NCBI GenBank assembly: GCA_963696385.1
Contig: CAVOKF010000006.1
Location: 352,001-416,000, forward strand
Length of the DNA: 64,000 nucleotides
Origin: an uncultured delta proteobacterium
GTDB lineage: Bacteria > Myxococcota_A > Polyangia > Polyangiales > Polyangiaceae
Direction of reading: 5' to 3'
Below the pieces are notes generated by a model, which was not told the DNA's origin, ran no database searches, and worked only from the letters and a program-made list of their open reading frames with translations. The position numbers were made by a program, and so were the translations under genes. Shown one piece after another: positions 31,152 to 40,974 of the stretch (its first letter is position 1; the number at the start of each line of letters is the position of its first letter).

Positions 31152-32639
31152 GTGACGACGTCCAACGAAAGAACGGCCAGGGATGTCAGCGCCCGCGTGC
31201 TCGCGCGCGTCGAGTCGCGCGTTGGCACGACCTTGGGCCAAAAGTGGCACCTGGACGCGCTGCTCGGTGTGGGGGCCACGGCGGCCGTCTATTCCGCAAC
31301 GCACGGCAATGGCAGCCGCGCGGCCATCAAGATCCTGCACGCCGAATGGTCGGGTCCGCCCTCGACTCGGGGTCGCTTTCTAAGGGAGGGCCAGGTCGCC
31401 AACCGCGTCGGTCACGATGGCGCCGTCCGCGTGGTGGACGACGACGTCACCGAAGACGGCGCGCTCGTTCTCGTGACCGAGCTTCTCGACGGCGAGACCC
31501 TCGAAGATCGCCGCGTACGCTTGGGCGGGCGCTTGCCGGTCGACGAAGTGCTGTTCTTCGCGGATCAGGTCCTCGATGTGCTCGCGGCGGCGCATGCCGA
31601 AGGCATCACGCATCGCGATCTCAAACCGAGCAACTTATTTCTCACGCGCAGCGGAGCCGTCAAGGTGTTCGACTTCGGCATCGCGCGGTTTCGCGAGCTC
31701 ATGTCGGCCAGTCAGGCGATGAACGTCGGGGGCCTGTCCGTTACGCCGCGGTTCATGCCGCCGGAGCAAGTGCGTGGACTCACCGACGAAATCGACGCGC
31801 GCAGCGATTTGTGGGCGTGCGGAGCGACGATGTTCGAGCTGCTCTTGGGCCGCTCCGTCCACGAGGGGGAAACCGCCTATCAGATGATGATGAGCGCTGC
31901 GACGACCTCCGCACCCCGGTTTGCGTCGGTGGCGCCGGAATCGCGCCCAAGCCTCGCCGCGCTGATTGACCGCGCGCTCGAGTTCGACAAGAGCAAGCGT
32001 TGGGTGGACGCCGCGGCCATGCAGGAGGCGGTGCGGGATGCCTACCACGACGCGTACGGGCGCCCTTTGTCGACCGCGCGACGGCCGACCGTGCCCGATG
32101 TCGTCCCCGATCGGACGTTGCAATCCATGCCGCTTGCGGTGGCCCGTCTGACGACGGACCGGCCTGTGGTCGGCGAACTTCGCCCGGAACGCGACCCGTT
32201 CGTTGCCCCAACGCACAAGAAGGCCAGAGCGCTCGCGGGAACCGCCGCCGCTGTGGCCATCTTGATCGTGGCCGCGGTGCCCTGGGCGGCCAGGAGGGTT
32301 CTGCACGTTCGAGCGCTTTCCATCGGTTCGACGAACGCGGCATCCGAGGTGCGCGCGGCCGACCGAAGTCTCAGCCTGCAACTGCGGAGCCTGGCCGTCG
32401 AACCGACCGTCGCCAGCCCGAGCGCTCCGATCGAAGCCAGGGTCCCGCCCAACCCAAGTGCTCGAATCGAGGGGCCTTCCTCGTCTGCCGCGGCGTCCGG
32501 CCCCGCGAGTCCCGCGGACAGTTCGGACCCGGATCCGACCGAAACGATGTCGGCGACGCGCCGGTCGGTGGCCTCGGGCATCGGAACGTTCCCGTCGGCT
32601 TCCGCCGGCACCGCCGCGCCACACGTCGCGCGCCACTGA
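31152..32639 (+). CDS. Hanks-type Ser/Thr protein kinase with TM segment
   Basis: LGVGATAAVY, AIK, HRDLKPSN, DFG, MPPEQ, DLWACG; TM near residue 365. Confidence 0.95.
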   Translation: MTTSNERTARDVSARVLARVESRVGTTLGQKWHLDALLGVGATAAVYSATHGNGSRAAIKILHAEWSGPPSTRGRFLREGQVANRVGHDGAVRVVDDDVTEDGALVLVTELLDGETLEDRRVRLGGRLPVDEVLFFADQVLDVLAAAHAEGITHRDLKPSNLFLTRSGAVKVFDFGIARFRELMSASQAMNVGGLSVTPRFMPPEQVRGLTDEIDARSDLWACGATMFELLLGRSVHEGETAYQMMMSAATTSAPRFASVAPESRPSLAALIDRALEFDKSKRWVDAAAMQEAVRDAYHDAYGRPLSTARRPTVPDVVPDRTLQSMPLAVARLTTDRPVVGELRPERDPFVAPTHKKARALAGTAAAVAILIVAAVPWAARRVLHVRALSIGSTNAASEVRAADRSLSLQLRSLAVEPTVASPSAPIEARVPPNPSARIEGPSSSAAASGPASPADSSDPDPTETMSATRRSVASGIGTFPSASAGTAAPHVARH

Positions 32640-33047
32640 GCTGGCGCCGGCGGCGTCGCGCAACACATCGTCTGCCACGGATCGAGCCTCCGGTGGACAA
32701 GGGCCTCGGCCGGCGCGGGGTAGGTGGGGGCCAGCCATCGCCGTTCGGTGCGTCGTCACGGCCGTCGTCGTCCACTCGGTGAGCGCTCAGACGCGATCGA
32801 CCGATTTTCGGAGGCGCCCACTCGATGGCCGGAAATGATTCCGACACCGTGGGCGAACGAGGCCAAGGCGAAATCCGGCGCGTGCGGGTGAAGTCTCCGA
32901 AGATCGTTCGACGATTCCGGAAATCGGTCGGACAGCCCGCTGGGTTCGCGCGTCCGACGGCCAAAATAGGCTCGACGCGACGGGGCCGCCTCTTGCAATG
33001 GGCGGATGCAAACGTCGGTACGTGTCCTTTTTGCGGAGTCCTAGGCC

Positions 33048-35432
33048 ATGAGATTCATCGGTCGAAAGTCGGTTCTCCATCGTGTGCTCCTGCTCGGGGC
33101 GGTCGGCGCCGCGGTCGCGGCTCCGCAATTGGGCTGTTCGTCGCCGGCGGCGTCCGAGCCGGGCGACCCCGCGTCGGGCTCGACCCAGCCCGGCGCTTCG
33201 GCGACGGGTTTCGTCGGGATGCAACTGACGCTACCGGGCGGCGAGCCCATCGACTCCATCCACTGGACGATCGCCGGCCCCAATGGATCGTCGAACGTCG
33301 TCCAAACCGGCACGGTCAGTGTCGCCAACAGCACCAAGCCGAGCTTTCTGGTCGGCAACATCCCCGCCGGCACCAGTTACACCGTCACGCTGTCGGGTAC
33401 ATCGACCGACGGCACAGTGACGTGCGTCGGTTCCGTGGCCTTCAGTGTGACGGCCCAGATGACGACGACGGTAACGGTCTCGCTTCAGTGCACGACGACG
33501 GCCCCGGAAGCCGGATCGGTCATCGTCACCGGCAGCACGTACGATTGCGCGACGGCAAACTCGGTCAGCGCCAGCCCGGCCGAGACCACGGTCGGTCACT
33601 CGGTCGCCGTCGCCGCGTCCGCGACAGGCCCGAACCCGAGCGGTCTCACGTACTCGTGGTCGGCGCCGAGCGGATCGTTCGACACCCCGACCGCTCAGAC
33701 GGCCAACTTCACATGCGCCGTGGCCGGTCCCGTGACGCTGACCGTTACCGTGAGTGACGGCCCGATACCCGACGGCGGCGCCTGCAGCGCGGCGCTCGCG
33801 ACGGCGACGCTCGCCGTCACCTGCGACGGCCATCTCGACGCAGCGGCGCAGCTCCCCACGGCCACCCACATCAAGCACCTGGTCGTGATATTCGGCGAGA
33901 ACATCGCCTTCGATCACTATTACGGAACCTATCCTGTGGCGCAGAACAACCCGGGCGAAACGCCATTCACGGCGGCTCCGGGCACGCCGACGGTCAACTC
34001 GCTGGCGACACCCCTCGACCCGACCCATGCGTTCGCTCCGGTGACCGGAGTCAATCTGCTCACGGACAACCCGAACTTCACCAACGCGTCGAACGGCGCG
34101 GGTGCGGCGAATCCCTTTCGGTTGGCCGCCTCCGAGTCCGCCACCGCCGACCAGGGTCACAACTACAAGCCGGAACAGCAGGCGTCCGACCATGGGGCCA
34201 TGGACCTGTTTCCGGACTTCACGGGGACCAATGGACCGCCGCCGGATGCCGGAGCGGTCTCGGCGACCACGGGCCTGGTCATGGCGTACTTCGACGGCAA
34301 CACGGTCAACGCATTCTGGAATTATGCCCAGCGCTACGCCCTGAACGACAACGCGTGGACCACCACGTTTGGTCCGTCCACCCCCGGAGCCATCAACCTG
34401 ATCTCCGGGCAGACCAACGGCATATCGGCGGTGAATCATACACCGCTGTCGACGAGCCACGCCGTCGCCGACGGCAACGGCGGACTCACGCTCATCGGCG
34501 ATGCGGACCCGCTGGGCGACATTTGCACCACGGCGGCGGATCAGGTGAGTTTCTCCGGCCCGAACATCGGCACGCTGCTCAATGCCCAGGGCGTCACGTG
34601 GGGCTGGTTCGAAGGCGGTTTCGATCTCGCGATCACCAACGCGAACGGCTCGACCGGATGCAACCGCAGCACACCGGTGACGGTCCCAGCGCCGGTGACG
34701 TACATTTCGACCGACTACATTCAGCACCACCAGCCGTTTCAGTACTACGCCTCGACGGCCAATCCGACGCATGCGCGGCCGAGTGCGACCGCGGCGATCG
34801 GCAGCAGCGTCGAGACGGACGGCGTGACACCCGAGCCGGCCAATCATCAGTACGACAGCAACGACTTCTTCACTGCGCTGAGCGCCGGCAACCTTCCGGC
34901 GGTGGTCTACCTCAAGGCCCCGGCGTTCGAGGACGGGCATCCCGGCTACTCGGACCCCGTCGACGAGCAGAACTTCGTCGTCAGCGTGGTCAACGCGCTC
35001 CAAGCGGCCCAGGAGTGGAGCTCCACCGCCGTGGTCGTTTCCTACGACGACTCGGACGGGTGGTACGATCACCAGGCGCCGTCGATCGTGAACCCGTCTT
35101 CGACCGCTTCCGACGAGCTCAACGGGTCCGGAATCTGCAATAGCGGTGCACAGCAGAATGGACCGGCTCCGGCCACTCCGCTGCTCGGCGCAACTCCAGC
35201 CGACGGAGGGTCCCCGCTGCCGGCACAGGGCCGCTGCGGCTATGGGACGCGCATCCCGCTCCTGGTCATCTCGCCCTTCGCGAAGCACAACTTCATCGAT
35301 CACACGCTGATCGACCAGACGTCGATCCTCAGGTTCGTCGAGGACAACTGGCTTGGCGGCCAGCGCGTCCAGCCCGGCGGCTCCTTCGACACGATCGCGA
35401 ACTCGCTCGAGAACATGCTGAGCGGCATCTGA
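33048..35432 (+). CDS. Phosphoesterase (phospholipase C/acid phosphatase AcpA family) with N-terminal Ig/PKD-like lipoprotein region
   Basis: QLGC lipobox; HLVVIFGEN..FDHY.GTYP, GPSTPG, HHQPFQYY, DGHPGYS, YDDSDGWYDH, YGTRIPLLVISPF. Confidence 0.9.
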   Translation: MRFIGRKSVLHRVLLLGAVGAAVAAPQLGCSSPAASEPGDPASGSTQPGASATGFVGMQLTLPGGEPIDSIHWTIAGPNGSSNVVQTGTVSVANSTKPSFLVGNIPAGTSYTVTLSGTSTDGTVTCVGSVAFSVTAQMTTTVTVSLQCTTTAPEAGSVIVTGSTYDCATANSVSASPAETTVGHSVAVAASATGPNPSGLTYSWSAPSGSFDTPTAQTANFTCAVAGPVTLTVTVSDGPIPDGGACSAALATATLAVTCDGHLDAAAQLPTATHIKHLVVIFGENIAFDHYYGTYPVAQNNPGETPFTAAPGTPTVNSLATPLDPTHAFAPVTGVNLLTDNPNFTNASNGAGAANPFRLAASESATADQGHNYKPEQQASDHGAMDLFPDFTGTNGPPPDAGAVSATTGLVMAYFDGNTVNAFWNYAQRYALNDNAWTTTFGPSTPGAINLISGQTNGISAVNHTPLSTSHAVADGNGGLTLIGDADPLGDICTTAADQVSFSGPNIGTLLNAQGVTWGWFEGGFDLAITNANGSTGCNRSTPVTVPAPVTYISTDYIQHHQPFQYYASTANPTHARPSATAAIGSSVETDGVTPEPANHQYDSNDFFTALSAGNLPAVVYLKAPAFEDGHPGYSDPVDEQNFVVSVVNALQAAQEWSSTAVVVSYDDSDGWYDHQAPSIVNPSSTASDELNGSGICNSGAQQNGPAPATPLLGATPADGGSPLPAQGRCGYGTRIPLLVISPFAKHNFIDHTLIDQTSILRFVEDNWLGGQRVQPGGSFDTIANSLENMLSGI

Positions 35433-35569
35433 TCGACCCCTTCGAAACGGTCGAATGCCGATCGAGTGCGGGCGCGCCGCAGTTCGCGCACAGCGGGCCC
35501 GCCCACTCGAGTTTCTGGCGAACGTTCTGGCGAGAAGAAAAAGGGAGCCCTTTTCGCGCGGGTGCGCCC

Positions 35570-35580
35570 GGGGGGGGGGG
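35570..35580. repeat. Poly-G tract (G11) upstream of amtB
   Basis: Read directly. Confidence 0.85.
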
Positions 35581-35713
35581 CCAGCGCTGGCTTCGGCCGG
35601 GGGCGTGGCCGCTTGGCAGTAAAGGCCGCGCAAATACGCCGGGGTCGGTGCGCGGATCCCTCGAATCTCGAATCGGCCGGTAGTACTCCTTGGCGTCCGA
35701 GGAGTCTCTGCCC

Positions 35714-37387
35714 ATGGGCGACGCGTACGGCACGATTTCTGCGTTCGAACGGCTCGCATGGGCCGCGCCAGCCCGGGGGCGCCGGGCCGGCGTCATCCCG
35801 GCGGCGACGAATGGGTGTAGCCCATGTGTCCCGCGATTTTGGGCGATCGTGTTCGGCCTCTTCGTCCTGGTGGGCGCGCCGACCGCCGCCTTGGCGCAGG
35901 GCGCTCCGATCGGCTCGGTGGCCGCGCCGACGGTCGCCGCCGCGCCCGCTCCCGCGCCCGCCCCCGCGATCGATCTCGAGACGCGCGTCGCCGACCTGGA
36001 AGCCTACATCAACAACACCGCTCCCAAGAAACTGTCGGCCCCTGGACCGGGCCACAACGCATGGATGATGGCCTCGAGTGCCCTCGTTCTTTTCATGACC
36101 CTTCCGGGGCTAGCGCTCTTTTACGGTGGCCTCGTCCGCCGGAAGAACGTGTTGTCCGTGATGGCTCAATGCCTTGGTTGCGCAGGCTTCGTGACCATCC
36201 TCTGGTGGCTCTTTGGGTACAGTCTCGTCTTCTCGAGCGGCTCGCCGCTGCTCGGCAGCCTGCGGTTTGCACTGCTCCAGGGAGTCGGCGCGACTCCGAA
36301 CGCGGACTACGGGGCATGGGTGTCGCACAGCGTTTTTGCGATGTACCAGCTCATGTTTGCGATCATCACTCCGGCCCTGATCGTCGGCGCCATCGCCGAG
36401 CGCATGAAATACAGCGCACTCATGCTGTTTCTCTTCGGCTGGATGCTCCTCGTCTATTTTCCGCTCGCGCACATGGTTTGGGGCGTGGACGGTTGGATGA
36501 ACGGCGTCTGGAACGCGCATGCATCGATTAAGGCGATCGACTTCGCGGGCGGAACCGTGGTGCACATGTCCTCGGGCTGGTCCGCGCTCGTTCTCTGCCT
36601 CGTGCTCGGCAAGCGGTCGGGCTTTGGCCAGCGCGCCTTCTATCCGCACAGCCTCGTTCTCACGATGATCGGCACCGGGATGCTCTGGGTGGGGTGGTAC
36701 GGATTCAACGCGGGAAGCGCGGTAGCGGCCGACGGCATCGCGGCCCAGGCATTCATGGCGACGACGCTGGCCACAGCCGTGGCGTCGGTCGTGTGGCCCG
36801 GCATCGAATGGTTGACGCGCGGAAAGCCGACGGTTCTCGGTTTCTGCTCCGGCGCGGTGGCAGGGCTCGTCGTCGTCACCCCCGCCTCCGGTTTCGTGAC
36901 CGCGAACGGCGCGGTCGTCATCGGGCTTCTCGCAGGCACGATTCCGTATCTCGCGTGCACCAAACTGAAGAGTATTTTCAATTACGACGACGCGCTCGAC
37001 ACGTTTGGCGTACACGGGGTCGGCGGAACGCTGGGTGCCCTCGTCACCGGATTTTTGGCCACCCCCGAGGCCAATCCAAATCTCAGCACGAACCTCGCTG
37101 GCTTCGTCGGCAATAGCCTCTGGATCGAGCAGATCAAGGCGATGGGCGTGACCATTGTCCTGGCGAGCGTCGTCACGTTCGTCTTGGCGACCCTCATCCG
37201 AGTCTCGGTGGGGCTCCGACCCGACGCCGAGGCCGAAGAGGACGGCCTCGATCAGATCGAGCATGGCGAGTCGGGGTATCACCTCGATGAGGGCGGAGCC
37301 GTCGCAGGACGGGCAGGGGAACACGCGTCGTTCGGTTCGGTCGCGTCGACAATCGCCGGTGCGGCCGGGTCTCCCAGCGAACAATGA
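35714..37387 (+). CDS. amtB: Ammonium transporter
   Basis: LFYGGLVR.KN, FAIITPAL, ER, DFAGG.VVH, WYGFNAGS, DDALD.FGVHG; start uncertain and probably further downstream. Confidence 0.95.
   Translation: MGDAYGTISAFERLAWAAPARGRRAGVIPAATNGCSPCVPRFWAIVFGLFVLVGAPTAALAQGAPIGSVAAPTVAAAPAPAPAPAIDLETRVADLEAYINNTAPKKLSAPGPGHNAWMMASSALVLFMTLPGLALFYGGLVRRKNVLSVMAQCLGCAGFVTILWWLFGYSLVFSSGSPLLGSLRFALLQGVGATPNADYGAWVSHSVFAMYQLMFAIITPALIVGAIAERMKYSALMLFLFGWMLLVYFPLAHMVWGVDGWMNGVWNAHASIKAIDFAGGTVVHMSSGWSALVLCLVLGKRSGFGQRAFYPHSLVLTMIGTGMLWVGWYGFNAGSAVAADGIAAQAFMATTLATAVASVVWPGIEWLTRGKPTVLGFCSGAVAGLVVVTPASGFVTANGAVVIGLLAGTIPYLACTKLKSIFNYDDALDTFGVHGVGGTLGALVTGFLATPEANPNLSTNLAGFVGNSLWIEQIKAMGVTIVLASVVTFVLATLIRVSVGLRPDAEAEEDGLDQIEHGESGYHLDEGGAVAGRAGEHASFGSVASTIAGAAGSPSEQ
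35728..35742 (+). promoter_or_regulatory. Putative sigma54 promoter for amtB
   Basis: CGGCACG-ATTT-CTGC matches TGGCACG-N4-TTGC. Confidence 0.55.
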
Positions 37388-37486
37388 GCTGATCGCGGAG
37401 TGCGGCCCCGCCCTCGAGGTCGCGCTCGAGGGTCCGCTCAGAGCCAAGGGGTCAGCCGGCGGTGAGGGGCCGGATGAGCTGAACCG

Positions 37487-37520
37487 ACGCAGTCCGTGCG
37501 CATTCGTGCAACCGCCACGC
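37487..37520. promoter_or_regulatory. Tandem GCA-N5-TGC enhancer-like site
   Basis: ACGCA-GTCCG-TGCGC-ATTC-GTGCA-ACCGC-CACGC; same layout at 39622 and 42600. Confidence 0.6.
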
Positions 37521-37639
37521 GGCGCGCGGTGTCCTGCTTCGGCTCGGAAGGCCGCGTAGCGGCGGAGAACGGGCCGCTCTCGCGCGGGGACGCGCGGGGA
37601 GCAGGGGGGAGGCGACGACCGTGAGAACGCGGCAAGGGA

Positions 37640-37656
37640 TTGGAACGGTCGTTGCT
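37640..37656 (+). promoter_or_regulatory. Putative sigma54 promoter for the BON gene
   Basis: TTGGAACG-GTCG-TTGCT. Confidence 0.7.
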
Positions 37657-37696
37657 CAGACGGGGATTCACGACCACGTTTCGAAGGAGGATGCCC

Positions 37697-38371
37697 ATGG
37701 GCCCGAACAAGAAGACCGACGCGCAGATTCAGGGTGAAGTGATCGAAGAGCTCGGTTGGGATACGCGCGTAAAAGCGACCGACGTCGGCGTCGAGGTCAA
37801 CGCCGGGGTCGTCACGCTCACAGGGACGGTCGAGAGTTGGGCGGCGCGACTCGCCGCACAGGAAGCGGCTCATCGGGTCTGTAGCGTGCTCGACGTCGCG
37901 AACGACATCCGGGTCAAGGTCTTCGGCTCTTATGAGCGCAACGATACGGATATTGCGCAAGCCGTGCGCCACGCCCTGGAGTGGGACATTCTCGTGCCGC
38001 ACGAGCGAATCCAGACGACCGTGTCGAACGGCGTCGTGACGCTCGAAGGGAAAGTCGATTTCTGGAGCCAATACGATGACGCAGCGCGCTCCGTCCGAAA
38101 TCTTGCGGGCGTGCGCGAGGTGCGAAATCAAATCATGGTGGAGCCTTCCGCGCCGCGGGTGGCGCCTCAAACGGTGCGAATCGCGATTGAACAGGCGCTC
38201 GAGCGGCACGCCGCGCATGCCGCCAAGCACGTGCAGGTCGCCGTCGCCGACGGCAAGGTCGTTCTCACCGGAGACGTTCCATCGTGGGCCGAGCGCCATG
38301 CCGTCGAGGGCGCGGTCCGCGGGACGCCGGGAGTGCGCAGAGTCGACAACCAATTGCGCATTCAGCTGTAG
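37697..38371 (+). CDS. Triple BON-domain protein (OsmY-like)
   Basis: Three V.V..G.V.L.G.V.......A.......GV..V.N.. repeats; AAGGAGG RBS. Confidence 0.93.
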   Translation: MGPNKKTDAQIQGEVIEELGWDTRVKATDVGVEVNAGVVTLTGTVESWAARLAAQEAAHRVCSVLDVANDIRVKVFGSYERNDTDIAQAVRHALEWDILVPHERIQTTVSNGVVTLEGKVDFWSQYDDAARSVRNLAGVREVRNQIMVEPSAPRVAPQTVRIAIEQALERHAAHAAKHVQVAVADGKVVLTGDVPSWAERHAVEGAVRGTPGVRRVDNQLRIQL

Positions 38372-38537
38372 TGGCCCGAGTCCAGGGATCGAACGGCTTG
38401 CGCGATGCTCGCGCGATGGACCGCGCGGCCAGTCATGGCCCCTCCGCTTCTCGAAGGCTTGCTAGGATGGCTCGGTCTCGTTGGCTCGCCTATCCTCGAG
38501 ATCCATGAAGGGAGCACTCGAAACTAAGTACGACCTC

Positions 38538-38554
38538 CTGGTACGGTACGTGCT
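38538..38554 (+). promoter_or_regulatory. Putative sigma54 promoter
   Basis: CTGGTACG-GTAC-GTGCT. Confidence 0.5.
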
Positions 38555-38567
38555 GAGAGGTCCGCAC

Positions 38568-38924
38568 ATGGTGACGTCGAAGATTCGCGCATGGGCGCTT
38601 GTAGCGATCGGGGCCGGGCTCGTACCGATGGGCTCGGCTTGTTACGTCGAGCCGGCTCCGCCTCCCGCGGTTGCGGTGGCGCCTCCCGTGGTTGCGGAGG
38701 GCTACGACCCTCAATACTACGACGGTTACGTCGTCTACTACGACGCCGTGGGCAGGCCCTTTTACTACGTGGGCGGCGCCGTCGTGTGGGTACCCCCCAC
38801 GTCTCCGTTCTACATCGGCCTCACGGACCACTGGCGCGGCCACCGGGCGGAGTACGCTCGCTGGCACGAGCGCTATGGCGCTCGGTACCGAGGGTACCGA
38901 GACAATGGGCGCCGCCGGCGCTAA
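38568..38924 (+). CDS. Small Tyr/Pro-rich lipoprotein
   Basis: GSAC lipobox; PPP linker; YYDGYVVYYD..G.PFYY....VW; basic tail. Confidence 0.7.
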   Translation: MVTSKIRAWALVAIGAGLVPMGSACYVEPAPPPAVAVAPPVVAEGYDPQYYDGYVVYYDAVGRPFYYVGGAVVWVPPTSPFYIGLTDHWRGHRAEYARWHERYGARYRGYRDNGRRRR

Positions 38925-39051
38925 GGCGCCGCCGGCATCGGGCGCGAATCGACGGCTGCCGTCGACCCGACGCGTTCCGGTTCTTTGGGCTCATGCCCTG
39001 TGGCTAGTTGTCTCCCTTCACGGTTGTCGCGAACGACCCGCAGGTGCCCTC

Positions 39052-39531
39052 ATGACGCTGCAATTGACGTCGCCGAGCTTCGAGCACGAGACGGAGATTC
39101 CCACCGCGCACACGTGCGAAGGATCGGACGTATCTCCGTCGCTGGCCTGGGCCGGCGTCCCCCAGGGGACTCGGAGCCTCGCGCTCATCGTGGACGACCC
39201 CGACGCGCCGGATCCGCAAGCCCCGAAAACGACGTGGGTCCATTGGGTCGTCTACGACATTCCGCCGAGCGCCAAGGGCCTGCCGGAAGGTGCGACGGCC
39301 AAGCAGCTTCCGGCAGGGGCTCGCGAAGGAAGAAACGACTGGAAAACCGTGGGGTACCGCGGTCCATGTCCCCCGATCGGTCGTCATCGGTATTTTCACA
39401 AGCTTTATGCGTTGGACGTGGTCATGGCCGACTTGGGACAGCCCGACAAGGCTGCGCTCGAGAGCGCGATGCGCGGCCATGTTCTGGCTCAAGCCACGTT
39501 GATCGGCACGTACGCGAAGAAGCGCCGCTGA
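39052..39531 (+). CDS. YbhB/YbcL family PEBP (Raf kinase inhibitor-like) protein
   Basis: LTSPSF, DPDAP, WVHWVVY, Y.GPCPP.G.HRY. Confidence 0.95.
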   Translation: MTLQLTSPSFEHETEIPTAHTCEGSDVSPSLAWAGVPQGTRSLALIVDDPDAPDPQAPKTTWVHWVVYDIPPSAKGLPEGATAKQLPAGAREGRNDWKTVGYRGPCPPIGRHRYFHKLYALDVVMADLGQPDKAALESAMRGHVLAQATLIGTYAKKRR

Positions 39532-39621
39532 ACGGATTCGCTTCTCAGGAAGTTCGAATCTCGGGGACTTCGCTTCGCCGATCGCCGTGGCGGCCGCGTC
39601 CCGCAGGAGTCTCGCCCCAAG

Positions 39622-39655
39622 CGGCGCGGACTGCGCGGCCGTGCAAGCCTTGCGT
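39622..39655. promoter_or_regulatory. Tandem GCA-N5-TGC enhancer-like site
   Basis: CGGCG-CGGAC-TGCGC-GGCC-GTGCA-AGCCT-TGCGT. Confidence 0.55.
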
Positions 39656-39731
39656 ACCGGGCTGCACTCGAGTGGCTTCGCCACGTGGCTCGCGGCACGC
39701 CCGCACCCCGCGACCCGCGGCAGCGGAGATC

Positions 39732-39748
39732 CTGGCGCGAGCTTCGCA
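39732..39748 (+). promoter_or_regulatory. Putative sigma54 promoter
   Basis: CTGGCGCG-AGCT-TCGCA. Confidence 0.5.
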
Positions 39749-39762
39749 TCCATGGTTCGGCC

Positions 39763-40878
39763 ATGATCGGCACGCGCACGAGTTTGGCTTCGGCGGTCGC
39801 CGCCGTCGCGGCACTTTTGACGGTCCGCTGTGGCGGTTCTGCAGCCGTCCACGCCGAGCCCGTGGCATCGCCCGCGACGCCACCTTCGGCAACTCTCGCG
39901 ACGGCACCTCCGGCATCGCCGGGGGCGGCACCTGCTGCTGGGTCCGTCGAGCCGAAGGCGGCTTCTCACGAAGTCGGGGACGAGGCGCACCGCCTCGTCA
40001 TTGCGGCGGCCGCGTGCTGGGCCGGCGGAACATGGTCCGATGCACTGGGCGAAGAAGACGCCATGAAGCAGAAGGGCATCGAGGCTCGGTGCAGCGATCT
40101 CGAGAGGCGCGTTTGGGCCGGAGCGCAGGACAAGACGCATTACGAGCAACTTCGCGCCCTCGAGACCAACGCCGTGGCCGACGTCGTCGCGAGGGTCGAC
40201 GAGACCGCGAGAGCGGACCACGTCGATCGCCCAACGCGAGATGCGCTGGTCCGTCTGACGTCGGTCCTGGCCGACGAGCAGCGCGAGCTGATGCTGGCCC
40301 GTCGTGCCGGCGACCGCGTCAAGCGCGACCTCGATCACGAACCGGAGAAGCTCAACGCCAACGAAGTCGAAGCCGTGGTGCCGTTGCGCGCCCATGCCGA
40401 TCTCGAGAAGCTCCTGAAGCTCGACGTCGGCCCCTTTTCGCACGAGGCCCATGCGCTCGGGCTGCTCTGCGCCCTCGACCGACTCGAAATCGCACGCGGC
40501 CTGCCCAAACACTTGAAGCTTTACGCCGTCGCGGAACCCTTCCGGATCCTCTTCGGGGTATCCGTGCCGAATGTGCCCGCGGATGCAACCAGAAAGCTCG
40601 TTCCAGGCACCTGGCTCCGCTTCTTGAGCGACACGGCTGCGGCGGCGGGCTATCCGGTGAGCAACGAGGCCACGACGCCGCGAGAGAAAGATGCGCTCGC
40701 GTGGGCGGGCATGCTCCGAGGTTTCAGCGAAAAGCTGAAGGCCGACACGGACGCTCTGCCGGCCGACACCGAGCTCGCGCATGTCTTGACCGTGGCGCAC
40801 CGACGCTTGGAAGCCGAGTACGACGCGCAGGTCGCCGCCCAGCGGAGCTTGCACACCTCTCCGGTCATGGGGCACTGA
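39763..40878 (+). CDS. Hypothetical alpha-helical lipoprotein
   Basis: Hydrophobic signal ending TVRC-GG; Pro/Ala linker; helical body. Confidence 0.7.
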   Translation: MIGTRTSLASAVAAVAALLTVRCGGSAAVHAEPVASPATPPSATLATAPPASPGAAPAAGSVEPKAASHEVGDEAHRLVIAAAACWAGGTWSDALGEEDAMKQKGIEARCSDLERRVWAGAQDKTHYEQLRALETNAVADVVARVDETARADHVDRPTRDALVRLTSVLADEQRELMLARRAGDRVKRDLDHEPEKLNANEVEAVVPLRAHADLEKLLKLDVGPFSHEAHALGLLCALDRLEIARGLPKHLKLYAVAEPFRILFGVSVPNVPADATRKLVPGTWLRFLSDTAAAAGYPVSNEATTPREKDALAWAGMLRGFSEKLKADTDALPADTELAHVLTVAHRRLEAEYDAQVAAQRSLHTSPVMGH

Positions 40879-40914
40879 CGAAGCCCTTTTTCAGGTTCGT
40901 CTTTCCAGGGCAGC

Positions 40915-40973
40915 GAGATCGGCACGGGCTCTCGGGATCGCCAGGGTGAGATCGGGACGGGCTCTCGGGATCG
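40915..40973. repeat. Direct repeat of 26 bp (GAGATCGG(C/G)ACGGGCTCTCGGGATCG) x2
   Basis: Copies at 40915-40940 and 40948-40973, one mismatch, between convergent genes. Confidence 0.85.
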
Positions 40974-40974
40974 G

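Noticed and set aside
35539..35554. AAAAGG-GAGC-CCTTTT as an intrinsic terminator
   Set aside because: Stem is short and weak, and lies about 100 bp from the phosphoesterase stop
33231..35759. 842-aa minus-strand ORF (also 61059..63722, 24776..26650, 36110..38353, 13032..14720, 39004..40875)
   Set aside because: Antisense shadows of well-supported genes, expected from high-GC codon bias; no recognisable motifs
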